DNA from: Candidatus Anstonellales archaeon
GTDB lineage: Archaea > Micrarchaeota > Micrarchaeia > Anstonellales > J096
Direction: 5' to 3'
NCBI GenBank assembly: GCA_038890615.1
Contig: JAWAFI010000003.1
Span: 6,477 to 70,476 of the forward strand
Length of the DNA: 64,000 nt
In this document: positions 48,101 through 56,891 of the stretch, piece by piece
Position numbering within the stretch: the first letter of the stretch is position 1
Layout: every line of letters begins with the position of its first letter
Notes under the pieces: generated by a model
What the model was told of the DNA's origin: nothing
Database searches by the model: none
Seen by the model: the letters and a program-made list of their open reading frames with translations, nothing else
Made by a program: the position numbers and the translations under genes

Positions 48101-50145
48101 GTGAACACCTCTTTGTCTACATAGACTCCGTTTTGCCTTATTATTCTAAGCATGAGATGAGCCCTTAGCTTTTCCTCCAATGTTAACATGTCAACGCTGT
48201 CAATCTTTTCATCCTTGTACTTCTGGTTTGCATTAAGGTATGCCTCCCTGAAAGCCTCTGCAACCTGCCTCAATATGCGCTGGGTAGTTTCAATATCATC
48301 TAAGAGCCCATGGCGCTTAAGGTGTGCATAAGCTGCAATGAAATAGGCAGGGTCTAAGTATATGTTAAGTTCCCTAAGCTTTGCAACAAGCGCATTAATT
48401 TGATCTCTGTCAGGCTTATTTGGGTCAATAGCTTTAATGAGTTTCAGAAGTTGATCGTAGTGCCTCACTAAGAGGAAAGTAGCGCCTATGGTTCCAGAGC
48501 TCAATCCTTTTGCTCCAAGAAGGGTTTCCATGTCAACAACAAGGTTTCCGTCTTTGTCTTTTGTAATAAGGTTGCTGACTATTTTGGATAGATCCTTTGA
48601 CTCTATGCCCAGCCTTTCCTTGAATATCCTAGCCAAGGCATAAAAGTATACGCTTTGGTAGCCCTCCCTCATCCATTGGTGGTACCTTGCCTCTTGGAGC
48701 GAAACCACATCCATAAAGCGCATCATTAAAGATAGGTTTGCTCCAACTGACTCCTTTGAGCCAGGATAGCTAAGGTAGGCCATTGCCCTTGCCAAGCGCT
48801 CCCCTCTTTTGCTTTTAGACAATGCGCGAACGAAATCTTTTATTGGGTGTGGCTCTTTTTTATAAGAATCCTCTGCTATTTTAGCCCTTTCATGCTCCAC
48901 CCTTTTAACAAAATCCCTTGCCCCAAGAAGCCCCATCACGCCCAAAGTAAGCTGAGGGGCAGAAGCAAGCCTTACCTTTATCATCCTCTTGAACTCCCTT
49001 ATTAGCCTTGATCCGGACCTTATGGCGTCAAAATAAACATTTGCTGTAAGTGGTATTCTTCCTGACACTCCTTCCAGAAGATTCCTAAACCTCTTAGTGA
49101 ATTGGCCCACCCAACTCCTTGATGGTTCTTGTTCCTTCTGAGCCAGCTTCCTTGCAGGGTCTGCCATCATAACTGCATAATACATGCTAAGCAGAGGGTC
49201 AAGGGCATCCTTCTCTTCTTGGAGCAGCTTTCTGCCCAATTTTTTCTCTATCTCTTTTATCATCTCCTCCAATATCCTGTTCTTGTTCCAGCGTTTTTCA
49301 ACTGCAGTTTCAAAAACACCCTTTCTCCCTACCATGAGGTCTTTAAGCTCTTTTTCAGTAAGTTTGAGGCCAAACATGGCAAGCGCATTTACCATGTAAG
49401 CATTTATCTCGCTGCTTATTTTGCCCCAGTTCATCCTCATCTTCCTTTGATCATAACCCCTTGCGCCCCTTGAGGCAGTATACCTTTTTTTCTTCCTGAT
49501 CCTTGGGGAAGCTATGTCTAAGTACCTAAGAGGGTCTATTCCAGAGGCAAACATAGAGGCAAAAAGTATTCCTGTTAAGAAAACAGCTGCAACGCATACA
49601 GTTGGGTTGGAAGCCATAATTGCTGAAAGCGAATTAAGAATGCTTTGAGATATTGCGCCGACTACGCTTGACTCGCCTATTCTCATTGTCCTTTCAGATG
49701 AAGAACCCAAAAAATGTGGATCCCCATCATAAACTGCTTTTATTATATAAACTCCTGGCTGGAGGTTAAATGAGCATTCTGCTATCCCTCCAGATGATGT
49801 TAAAACATCCTGGCAATTCCCCAAAGGATGGAACTCTGAATCAGTGCCGTCATTATAGTAAAAGCTTATTGGCTGCCCATCAGCGTAGCAGGACTGGGTT
49901 ATAAGCTGCTGGCACTCAGGGATAGGGTTAGTGATGCAGCTTGGGTCTATTTCTGCATAAGTGACAGTGTACTGCCCTACAAGGATAGCCCTTGCATAGC
50001 CGTTCTGGACCTCAATTATTGAAAGTGAAGTCCTTACGCACCCTGTACAGGTAAAGTCAATAAGGGAACATTGCTGGGAGGATTGCCCGTGCAAAGCTGA
50101 AATAAGGAGAAGTAAAAGGAATGCTGCCCCCTTATGCTCAGACAT
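45109..50145 (-). CDS. Giant (1678-aa) membrane protein: signal peptide, Ig-like domain, TM, long helical region, C-terminal TM and zinc ribbon
   Basis: N-terminal hydrophobic stretch, PGVYIIKAVYDGD, TM VCVAAVFLTGILFASMFA, C-terminal hydrophobic segment and CPRC...CLHGH. Confidence 0.75.
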   Translation of the reverse strand: MSEHKGAAFLLLLLISALHGQSSQQCSLIDFTCTGCVRTSLSIIEVQNGYARAILVGQYTVTYAEIDPSCITNPIPECQQLITQSCYADGQPISFYYNDGTDSEFHPLGNCQDVLTSSGGIAECSFNLQPGVYIIKAVYDGDPHFLGSSSERTMRIGESSVVGAISQSILNSLSAIMASNPTVCVAAVFLTGILFASMFASGIDPLRYLDIASPRIRKKKRYTASRGARGYDQRKMRMNWGKISSEINAYMVNALAMFGLKLTEKELKDLMVGRKGVFETAVEKRWNKNRILEEMIKEIEKKLGRKLLQEEKDALDPLLSMYYAVMMADPARKLAQKEQEPSRSWVGQFTKRFRNLLEGVSGRIPLTANVYFDAIRSGSRLIREFKRMIKVRLASAPQLTLGVMGLLGARDFVKRVEHERAKIAEDSYKKEPHPIKDFVRALSKSKRGERLARAMAYLSYPGSKESVGANLSLMMRFMDVVSLQEARYHQWMREGYQSVYFYALARIFKERLGIESKDLSKIVSNLITKDKDGNLVVDMETLLGAKGLSSGTIGATFLLVRHYDQLLKLIKAIDPNKPDRDQINALVAKLRELNIYLDPAYFIAAYAHLKRHGLLDDIETTQRILRQVAEAFREAYLNANQKYKDEKIDSVDMLTLEEKLRAHLMLRIIRQNGVYVDKEVFTFFTELNRIRADNRPESIKALDLYNFISRSSYYRKDSIPFASTGYNDFYHFMMEKELTKSNYQFFFLKEYAAQLGHISMASEQEFKIYSNKAEFAAIATTTLKALNELFGLGSRHINNSIQYFIIDLMNSIRRVGSNPIENYALALQALFPQWNIDEMIKKGALQLTNIFSKPFEATGTSLDQIGGAVHEKVGAKAKSIVSGIGRIGMDKNISEVLKSNFRGIQYEAANNQLWAFDLRGHWKIGGDRLKVAAIETVSRAYDSPHKPGPDTPDARLAMTRELFLENMLSVFARGNITSFGANWRTDFEKADLKFFNALARYYAKEKGQTNLDDASVREYVAKNINDFHNFLLNTRINPLKMDQSVPWIMTRGNSFVPYENGMSVSIFDGITGARLMFKDEKGNFKVLDPSYKMFSTSQMEELAKKLAAADPSIFGNYKSAFFNAAKLMTIQKEEFKESIRLLLQSGKLSAYDVALLSFKLQHSGHHIGLLDVLGPDDYKIVTVKKMAQDQAEMGGWEGIKGKLKQIGFGLLDEVLARPLYISAPRAEQITDLLVGSSLLLYEGRKASAKMFEEMHRNADYLKEKKLAGIYSAILDRYMKFEGGWDYAITRDPRLHVPSMEGEERITHGYFQVGPALPYPSEMHWKTFQDDIEWRYSGPMLGRISKFAQFVAKPFIMASRLMSYIGGGYPSPKSLGYLVDEQGRVIEPDTMQPFPYTGMRYLGRFRTLIETLFTPSTWMTGPSMDIWNLSNRVAYWFAGEAKEPSSGSGEGGSRFKKWGYGGEEVIYGAPRPHQFVTPFYNPAVYNIWQAMANPGHSYFDSLGQYRLNPQMHLWALRLYGASSPQEMSREGQKVLLPMSRELMHEANAPIYRREIPTPELLIKNRYELSYYSVTEGYMNRIITGGALWNLSKEERKKESWKHSIGLGFAPMLFAALPAGASVAGIYAGIRSGKAFWESAKDEYRESLKDEVRHAFCPRCGIRLVQGRCLHGHSTFHSSA

Positions 50146-50198
50146 AAAAATATTTACGCGTTCAGCATTTAAAATACTTTCTAAAAGTGGACCGACGG

Positions 50199-50351
50199 TT
50201 ATTTCTTTGCCCTTATGTCTTTCTTCCTAATCCTAAGGAAGGGGGAATGGCACTTCCTGCACTTCTTCACCCCCCTCTTGTTCCTGGTTTTGCACTTCCT
50301 GCATATTACAACTGAAAGGAACAATTTGTCCCCTTGAGGGAATTTTCCCAT
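50199..50351 (-). CDS. rpl40e: 50S ribosomal protein eL40 (missed by the ORF track)
   Basis: Hand translation: MGKFPQGDKLFLSVVICRKCKTRNKRGVKKCRKCHSPFLRIRKKDIRAKK. Confidence 0.93.
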   Translation of the reverse strand: MGKFPQGDKLFLSVVICRKCKTRNKRGVKKCRKCHSPFLRIRKKDIRAKK

Positions 50352-50406
50352 CTGACCATCCTCTTTTGTTATAAGTTTGGCGCATATTTTTAAAGGTATG
50401 CCTTGC

Positions 50407-50658
50407 TTACTGGAGCAGCTCCTTCAACTTTTCCAGTGTTTTGGCAACCTCTGCTCCTTTATCAGTAAGCTTAACAACCTTTTTCTTCCTTTTCTCAGAT
50501 TCTATTGTTATAAGCCCTTTTGCAAACATGAGCTTCAGGATCCTGTTGGCATAAAGGTTGCTTACTTCTGCCTTCCTTGCAATAAGAGAAGGGTACCAAA
50601 CTACTTCCTGATTTAGGAGAAGAAGCAATATCTTGATACGCTTTTCGCGGAGGAACAT
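50407..50658 (-). CDS. Small winged-helix (MarR-like) DNA-binding protein
   Basis: YPSLIARKAEVSNLYANRILKLMFAKGLI...VKLTDKG. Start at ATG 50658. Confidence 0.8.
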   Translation of the reverse strand: MFLREKRIKILLLLLNQEVVWYPSLIARKAEVSNLYANRILKLMFAKGLITIESEKRKKKVVKLTDKGAEVAKTLEKLKELLQ

Positions 50659-50809
50659 AGTTAAATAAGAAAGGCAAAGATTAAAAAAGAAATTGAAGAG
50701 CAAGTTTAGTTGCATTGGCAGAAAATCTTAAATCATGCAGCAAGGAAAGGTTTTGGGCTCACCAACTTATTTGCTTCAAAGTTAAAATTAAAAAAGGCAA
50801 GCATAAAAC

Positions 50810-51721
50810 ATGGAAGAGGAAGAGGCATACCCTTATATAGAACATTCAGACGAAAACATTAGGAAAGCAGCCCTGTTTTTCCTTTACGGGAAGGAGATAC
50901 CTAAAGAGATAAGAAATAGGTACAAAATGTCATATGAAAGAACATTCAGAAGCAAAAAAAGCCAAAAAGGGTTTGCGAACCTTATAAAAGAGGGGCGTTT
51001 TGAAGAAGCAATTGAGATATCAACACCAAAAGAAAGGGAGGTTATAGCACGAAGAATGGCCGAAGTTAAAGAAGGAATATGGAGAATATCCGGAGCATTG
51101 GAAGACGCAAGGAAAAAAGGCAATTTCGAGCTCTTTGAAAGAGCAATAAAGATCTTAGGAGAGCCAAAAAACCTTGAGCTCCTGGACAAAAAAAGCAGGG
51201 AAGAAATCAGGGCAAGCTCAATAGAATTCATAAGGCAGAAAATCAGCAAAGACATAACAGTAAAAAAGTGGCTAAAAGAGAGGATTGAAGAGCTAAGGAA
51301 GTCAAAATTCAAAAAGGAGCTTCTAGAAGACATAGAGCTGGTTCTGGAGAATATGGAGCATGTTGCTGCTGAATTCAGCAAAGAGCTCAGCAAGGCAAGG
51401 GAAGAGATCCTTAGGGAAAATATGAAAAGGATTAATGAGCACGATGGGGCAGAAGACAAGGAGCTAGAGAAGCTTATAGCAGAAAGCCCTGCCAAAAAGC
51501 TGCTTAAATTAAAGCTTATAACTGATTGGAAAGAAGTTGATGAGGGAAATTTAGATATAGAGCTTTCATGGGTGCAGAAATACAAGGTAAGGATGGGCAT
51601 TGCGCACTATATGATTGGAAAAGAAGAGTACATTTCGCTTGTACAGTTCAAGAGGAAAACATGGAACGGAAGGGATGGGCAAGTGGAATGGAGGGATTTG
51701 TACATGATTAAATGGGAATAA
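50810..51721 (+). CDS. Hypothetical Lys/Glu-rich protein
   Basis: 303-aa ORF with coding-like purine bias and no motif. Confidence 0.7.
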   Translation: MEEEEAYPYIEHSDENIRKAALFFLYGKEIPKEIRNRYKMSYERTFRSKKSQKGFANLIKEGRFEEAIEISTPKEREVIARRMAEVKEGIWRISGALEDARKKGNFELFERAIKILGEPKNLELLDKKSREEIRASSIEFIRQKISKDITVKKWLKERIEELRKSKFKKELLEDIELVLENMEHVAAEFSKELSKAREEILRENMKRINEHDGAEDKELEKLIAESPAKKLLKLKLITDWKEVDEGNLDIELSWVQKYKVRMGIAHYMIGKEEYISLVQFKRKTWNGRDGQVEWRDLYMIKWE

Positions 51722-51762
51722 GCAAAGGCAAGGAATTTAAAGCACTCCGTAGATTCTGAGGT

Positions 51763-52626
51763 GTGGAAGAAAAGGAATTCCGCGAGTGGCTAAGCTCATA
51801 CACCGATGCAGACAAGTGCATGGAAGCATTTAAAAATAGAAAAAAATTCTTCAGAGTGAATACAATTAAAATAGGGCTGGAAGAGTTTGAGAAGGTAAGC
51901 ATGCTTGAAAGGAAGGCTACCAAAGTCAAGGGTGCCTTTGAATATTTGGGGGAAGGGATAGGAAGGACATTTGACTATTTTTTGGGCTACATACACCCTC
52001 AAAGCCTAAGCTCCATAATGGTTTCTGAGGCGCTTGCGCCAAAAGCAGGCGAGGTAGTGCTCGATGCGGCAGCAGCCCCTGGCTCAAAGCTTACGCACAT
52101 GGCCGCGCTTATGGAGAACAAAGGTGCAATAGTTGGGATAGAGCTGAAAGGCCACAAGCTAGGGCCTCTTTTTGACAACATCTCGCGCTTAGGGGTCATA
52201 AACGCGTGCATAATTGTAGGTGATTCAACAAAATTCAAAAAAAGGATGTTTGGGAAGGCATTGGTAGATGCCCCATGCACTGCGCTTGGAAGCGGTGGCT
52301 CTGCATACCTAAGATGGGAGCCACAGCACAGCAAAAGAATTTCTGTGCTGCAGGAAAAGATGCTACTTAACGCATACGATTGCCTGCTCGATGGAGGGGA
52401 ACTAGTTTACTCAACCTGCACTTACCCCCCAGAAGAGAACGAAAAGGTAGTGGCAAGGCTGCTTGAAGAGAGGGAAGGTGCATCGCTTATTGAAGTCCCA
52501 TTAGAAGGGGATGGTGGAATAAGCGAATATGGAAAGGAGATGGGAAAATGCAGGAGGATTTACCCCCAACAAAACAACAGCGAAGGCTTCTTCATTGCAA
52601 AGGTGAAAAAGTATGGGGAGGGCTGA
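51763..52626 (+). CDS. RsmB/NOP2-family RNA m5C methyltransferase
   Basis: RVNT, LDAAAAPGSK, DAPC, VYSTCT, EENE, GFFIA. Confidence 0.95.
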   Translation: MEEKEFREWLSSYTDADKCMEAFKNRKKFFRVNTIKIGLEEFEKVSMLERKATKVKGAFEYLGEGIGRTFDYFLGYIHPQSLSSIMVSEALAPKAGEVVLDAAAAPGSKLTHMAALMENKGAIVGIELKGHKLGPLFDNISRLGVINACIIVGDSTKFKKRMFGKALVDAPCTALGSGGSAYLRWEPQHSKRISVLQEKMLLNAYDCLLDGGELVYSTCTYPPEENEKVVARLLEEREGASLIEVPLEGDGGISEYGKEMGKCRRIYPQQNNSEGFFIAKVKKYGEG

Positions 52627-53041
52627 GGACAAGCTAAGGGAAATGCTGATGGACAAATACGGCATAAGAATGGAAGAGACATTGCTTTTTGAGAAAGGTG
52701 CTGTCAAGATAATGAGCAAAAGGGTGGCAAAGCTCAACATTAAAGGGGCTGAGAGAGGGATGGTAGCCTCAAATGAATGGATGGTGCCTTCGCACAGCTT
52801 CATCCAGTTGGTCGGCAGGGAAGCCAAAAAAGGCTTTGTTGAGCTTGGCAAGGAGGAGGCGCTGCTTTTTGCTTCTGGAAAGAAAATAAAGAAAGAGGCA
52901 GCCAAGGGGCACTTGATAGCGATCTACAAAGGGCACTCAATGGGAATATGCTTTTCAAATGGCAAGGAACTTATGCCCAAGCTTGCCCCAAGGAAACAGA
53001 GGCGCCTGATAGGCGATATAAAGAATAGGTTTTTAAAATAA
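52613..53041 (+). CDS. PUA-like (NIP7/RsmF C-terminal-like) partner of the m5C methyltransferase
   Basis: PSHSFIQLVG, VELGKEEALLFASG; overlaps the methyltransferase stop. Confidence 0.6.
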   Translation: MGRAEDKLREMLMDKYGIRMEETLLFEKGAVKIMSKRVAKLNIKGAERGMVASNEWMVPSHSFIQLVGREAKKGFVELGKEEALLFASGKKIKKEAAKGHLIAIYKGHSMGICFSNGKELMPKLAPRKQRRLIGDIKNRFLK

Positions 53042-53058
53042 TCCAAAGTGCTCTCATT

Positions 53059-53685
53059 ATGAAAGCAGAAAACAAAGACATAGTGTACTTGCACTTCACC
53101 GGCTACAGCGATGATGGCAGGATCTTCGACAGCACAGAAGGCGAAATAGGGCAGAAGCTTTACGGAAGGAACAACGGAATAATGTTCATAGTAGGTGTAG
53201 ACAAGATAGTAAAGGGGCTTGAAAATGAAATAAGGAATATGGAAGAAGGAGAGGAAAGAGAGGTTTGGCTTGAGCCAGAGCAGAGCTTTGGGGAAAGGAA
53301 AAAAGACCTGCTTAAGATAATCCCACTTAACATAGTCAAGGAGAAGGGGCTCAACCCAAAGGCTGGCATGAGCATGCAGATTGAAATTGATGGGATAAAG
53401 TATACAGGAGTGGTAAGGAGCATAAACGGAGGGAGAATGCTCGTTGACTTCAACCACCCGCTTGCAGGCAAGAAGGTAAGGTATAAAATAAAGCTCGAGA
53501 AAGTAATAAAAGACCCGTTTGAAAAGGCAGAGCTTCTTATGAAGGACGCTGGAGTAGAGGGCAATGCAACGAAAGAGGGCGGGAAGATAATAGTAAAAGT
53601 AAAAACAGAGAAAGACTATGAAAAGATGAAAAAAGCCCTTGAGAAGGTAGTAGGGGAGGGCTTTGATGTGCAGGTTGTGCAATAG
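53059..53685 (+). CDS. FKBP-type peptidyl-prolyl isomerase (SlyD-like)
   Basis: G.IFDST, GLE..I..ME.GE, PEQSFGER, VDFNHPLAGK. Confidence 0.94.
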   Translation: MKAENKDIVYLHFTGYSDDGRIFDSTEGEIGQKLYGRNNGIMFIVGVDKIVKGLENEIRNMEEGEEREVWLEPEQSFGERKKDLLKIIPLNIVKEKGLNPKAGMSMQIEIDGIKYTGVVRSINGGRMLVDFNHPLAGKKVRYKIKLEKVIKDPFEKAELLMKDAGVEGNATKEGGKIIVKVKTEKDYEKMKKALEKVVGEGFDVQVVQ

Positions 53686-54412
53686 GAACGCAAATTACGA
53701 AAGGCTAATCGCAACAATGCTTGAGCAAGACAGGAAAAGAATTGAAAGCACTAAAGTTTTGGCTGAAAGGATTGAAAAGCTCAAAAGCGCCATTTATTCT
53801 GAGGGGGAAATTTCAATAGGCAAGCCTATGCTAGAGCCCAAGATGCCGCTTCCTGTGCCTACCAACTACTTCCAAAACCTGCTCATTGACGGAGAAAAGG
53901 CGCCCAATGCTTTTTCGCACGGCTCAACAAGGGCCATATTCTTCAAGGAAAAAAAGGTCCATCTTCTTTCAAAGCAGGCAGTTGTCAAAGATGGGGTTGA
54001 GTTCATGGCGCATTACATTTATTGCTCTTTCCCTTTCAGCGAGCTGAGCATGAAAATCGGGGAAAAGGAGTCGGTTATTGAGTTCAGGGGAAAAAAGAAA
54101 ATGACCAACCTTATTACTGGAAAGGAAGAGGAAAAGGAGCTCGCGTTCATGTTCAGCCATCAGAACATTGAAGGAAAATTCACCTCAAAAGACAGGCTGG
54201 TTGCCTCGCAGAGCTACAGGTCAGTAATTGCAAGGCACACCAACATAGACAGCTTCCTTGATTATATAGGGATGGAGGGTTACATAGTTACTGTTGCGCA
54301 TTTCGCACCGTTTCCTTACCTTCTAAACCTACACAAAGAATATGGATATGACTCAAGGAAGGAAATGGCGTCAGATGTCAATAACTATTTGAAAGAAGCA
54401 GTAAGCGAATAG
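53666..54412 (+). CDS. Hypothetical protein
   Basis: About 248-aa ORF starting MCRLC and overlapping both neighbours. Confidence 0.7.
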   Translation: MCRLCNRNANYERLIATMLEQDRKRIESTKVLAERIEKLKSAIYSEGEISIGKPMLEPKMPLPVPTNYFQNLLIDGEKAPNAFSHGSTRAIFFKEKKVHLLSKQAVVKDGVEFMAHYIYCSFPFSELSMKIGEKESVIEFRGKKKMTNLITGKEEEKELAFMFSHQNIEGKFTSKDRLVASQSYRSVIARHTNIDSFLDYIGMEGYIVTVAHFAPFPYLLNLHKEYGYDSRKEMASDVNNYLKEAVSE

Positions 54413-55203
54413 CCAATGCAGTTGTGGATTATCCTGGCAGCCGCAAAAGGCCCATAGGAGCTAAGCGGAAGGAGCTCCACAGCATCCATACCAACAACAT
54501 CGAAGTTGTAGAAAACCTCTTTTAGAAAAGAAAGAAGCTGGTAATATCCTATGCCTCCTGGCTCAGGCGTGCCAACATCTGGGATTACAGAAGGGTCAAG
54601 AGCGTCAAAGTCAAGCGATATGTAAAGAGGGCCTTCAAGCTTTGAAAGCGCCTCAGCAGGGTTGAATTCTGGCCCATACACTAGTATTCCTTTCCCTTTT
54701 ATGTACTCGTCCTCCTCCCAGCTTATTGCCCTTATGCCTATTGACACTGTTTCAACCCCAAGCTCATGGACTCGCCTCATAGCGCAAGCGTGCGAATCCT
54801 TCCTACCCTCATACTCAAAGCGCATATCAGCATGCGCATCAATGTGGAGAAGCTTAAGGGAGGGATAACTTTTTTTCATTGCAGAAACTATTGGAGGGGT
54901 TATTGAATGCTCGCCCCCAAGGAACACAGGGAACTTTGATCCTTCTAAAGCCCTGCTTACAAATGAAGGGATTGTGGCGCTGAGCTCCTCAAAACTTGAG
55001 CAGGGTACTGGCTCTTCTGTGTATATCTCCCTTATCTCCTGCCCAAGCTCCAATATGAACTCCTCAACATTGCACGAAGCCTTTATTATTGCTTCTGGCC
55101 CTTTTTGCGTGCCTTTCAAATAAGTGGTGGTTGCCTCATAAGGGACTGGGATCACCAAAGCCCTTGCGTCCCTATAGCTTACCTCATGCCCTAAGAATTG
55201 CAT
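54385..55203 (-). CDS. speB: Agmatinase
   Basis: GGEHSIT, DAHAD, SHAC, DFDALDPS, GTPEPGG. Confidence 0.95.
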   Translation of the reverse strand: MQFLGHEVSYRDARALVIPVPYEATTTYLKGTQKGPEAIIKASCNVEEFILELGQEIREIYTEEPVPCSSFEELSATIPSFVSRALEGSKFPVFLGGEHSITPPIVSAMKKSYPSLKLLHIDAHADMRFEYEGRKDSHACAMRRVHELGVETVSIGIRAISWEEDEYIKGKGILVYGPEFNPAEALSKLEGPLYISLDFDALDPSVIPDVGTPEPGGIGYYQLLSFLKEVFYNFDVVGMDAVELLPLSSYGPFAAARIIHNCIGYSLTASFK

Positions 55204-55251
55204 AAGAGAATTATAAGCAAGGATTTATAAAAAGGTTGCCATGAATAAGCA

Positions 55252-56022
55252 ATGGGATTCGTGGAAGATTATTTCATATCTCCGATCGTTGAAAGGAGCG
55301 GCTACAATATAGTTAATACCACTGTGTATGCGCTTATAGCCATAGCAATACTGTGGGTGGTTGAAAGGGAATTCAGGAAAAGGAAGATAGCCATTGACAG
55401 GAGGTTCATCGCAAACACGCTCCTTTTCGTGCTTGCCGGCTCATCTGCAAGGGCAGTTACCGATGCAACTGACTCTGGGCTCATAGGGGAGCCGTTCAGC
55501 TCAATCTACAAGTACAGCCTCCTTACTGTGACCCCAGGAATATACATAGTTACAGCAGCGCTTTTCTTTGCTTCCCTCTTTGTGTTTAGGAAAATAGGAA
55601 GGGACGACTTCGGGATTGTGGCAGTGCCTTTCATAATCCTGCACTTGTTTTTGATAGCCCCCTTCTTTGTAAATCACCTTTACATTATGATAACCATAAT
55701 GCTTGCCTTGCTTCCTTCTGCTTACTTCTTAACTAAGTTTAAGGACAATGGCATTGCAGTTGCTGGGCAGGCGCTTGATGGGGCAGCCACATTCGTAGCA
55801 ATAGAAATAAGCGGGATGTACGGAGAACAGCATGTCATTACTGCAGCATTGGGGGAATGGCTTGGGTATTTTGCTTTCTACCTGGTCAAAATAGCGCTTG
55901 CAGCGCTCATAGTGCACTTCACAAAAGGAGAGAAAGAAGGGCCTTTCATATGCCTTGTGGTTGCTGTAGCAGGGTTCGCACCAGGAATAAGGGATTCGCT
56001 TAGGCTTTGGGGTGGGTTCTGA
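55252..56022 (+). CDS. DUF63-family membrane protein
   Basis: GYNIVNTTVYA, TPGIY, Q.LDG.ATF, EQHV, G.APG.RD.LR. Confidence 0.85.
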   Translation: MGFVEDYFISPIVERSGYNIVNTTVYALIAIAILWVVEREFRKRKIAIDRRFIANTLLFVLAGSSARAVTDATDSGLIGEPFSSIYKYSLLTVTPGIYIVTAALFFASLFVFRKIGRDDFGIVAVPFIILHLFLIAPFFVNHLYIMITIMLALLPSAYFLTKFKDNGIAVAGQALDGAATFVAIEISGMYGEQHVITAALGEWLGYFAFYLVKIALAALIVHFTKGEKEGPFICLVVAVAGFAPGIRDSLRLWGGF

Positions 56023-56795
56023 TGCTTTTCCTAGTCGGCGCAGGGGTTTGCTTTGACCTTACAATGGAAGGCATTAGGGCGCTTAGAGCTGCAAAAGAGG
56101 CATACTTTGAGGGCTACACCTCAAAAATACCAGAAGGAAAAATAAAGGAAATCGAGTGGCTGGTAAAGAAGGAAATTAAGGAGCTGAAAAGGGAAGACCT
56201 TGAAAGCCCTTGGCTTGCAGAGAGGGCAAAGGAAACAGATGTAGCGCTTCTTGTTGCAGGCCATCCCCTTGTTGCCACAACCCATCTAACGCTCATTTTG
56301 GAATGCGAAAAGGCAGGGGTTGAGTGGAAGGTAGTGCACAACTCATCAATACATTCGGTTGCCCCTGCTTTGCTTGGGCTGCAGGTTTACAAATTCGGAA
56401 ATAGCGTGAGCATTCCTCTTTTCGAGCGAAATTACAGGCCAACCTCTCCTCTAAGAAAGATAGAGGAAAACCTTAAAAGAGGGCTGCACACCTTGGTGCT
56501 TTTAGACACAGCAAAAGGCTTCATGGACCTTAGGACTGCTGTTGAGGAGATAATGGAAATGGAAAAGGAGGAAGGGAAGGAAGTGGTAAAGGAAATCTGC
56601 TGCGTAGGGGATGCAGGGGGTAAAGAGGTATGCTGGTATGGAAGCAAAAAGGAAGCGCTGAATGCAGATGTGCCAAAGCCAATAGTGGCTGTTGTGCCTG
56701 GAAAGCTTGATGATATTGAGAAGGAGTATCTTGCGATGATCAGAAGAAGGTATGAGCGGGCCCAGAGGGATTTGAACCCCCGGCACACGGATTAA
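56022..56795 (+). CDS. dph5: Diphthine synthase
   Basis: LFLVGAG, EGYTS, GHPLVATTH, NSSI, GLQVYKFG, GLHTLVLLD. Confidence 0.94.
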   Translation: MLFLVGAGVCFDLTMEGIRALRAAKEAYFEGYTSKIPEGKIKEIEWLVKKEIKELKREDLESPWLAERAKETDVALLVAGHPLVATTHLTLILECEKAGVEWKVVHNSSIHSVAPALLGLQVYKFGNSVSIPLFERNYRPTSPLRKIEENLKRGLHTLVLLDTAKGFMDLRTAVEEIMEMEKEEGKEVVKEICCVGDAGGKEVCWYGSKKEALNADVPKPIVAVVPGKLDDIEKEYLAMIRRRYERAQRDLNPRHTD

Positions 56796-56830
56796 GAGTC
56801 CGTTGCTCTACCGAGCTGAGCTATGGGCCC
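56757..56830 (-). tRNA. tRNA-Lys(CTT)
   Basis: GGGCCCA/TGGGCCC acceptor, TAGCTCAG..GGTAGAGC, ACGGA-CTCTTAA-TCCGT, GTTCAAATC. Confidence 0.95.
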
Positions 56831-56891
56831 ACAGGAGAATATTAATAGTCCTTGAAAAGGGGTTTAAAAGGCTATTCTTTTATTCCTGCCC

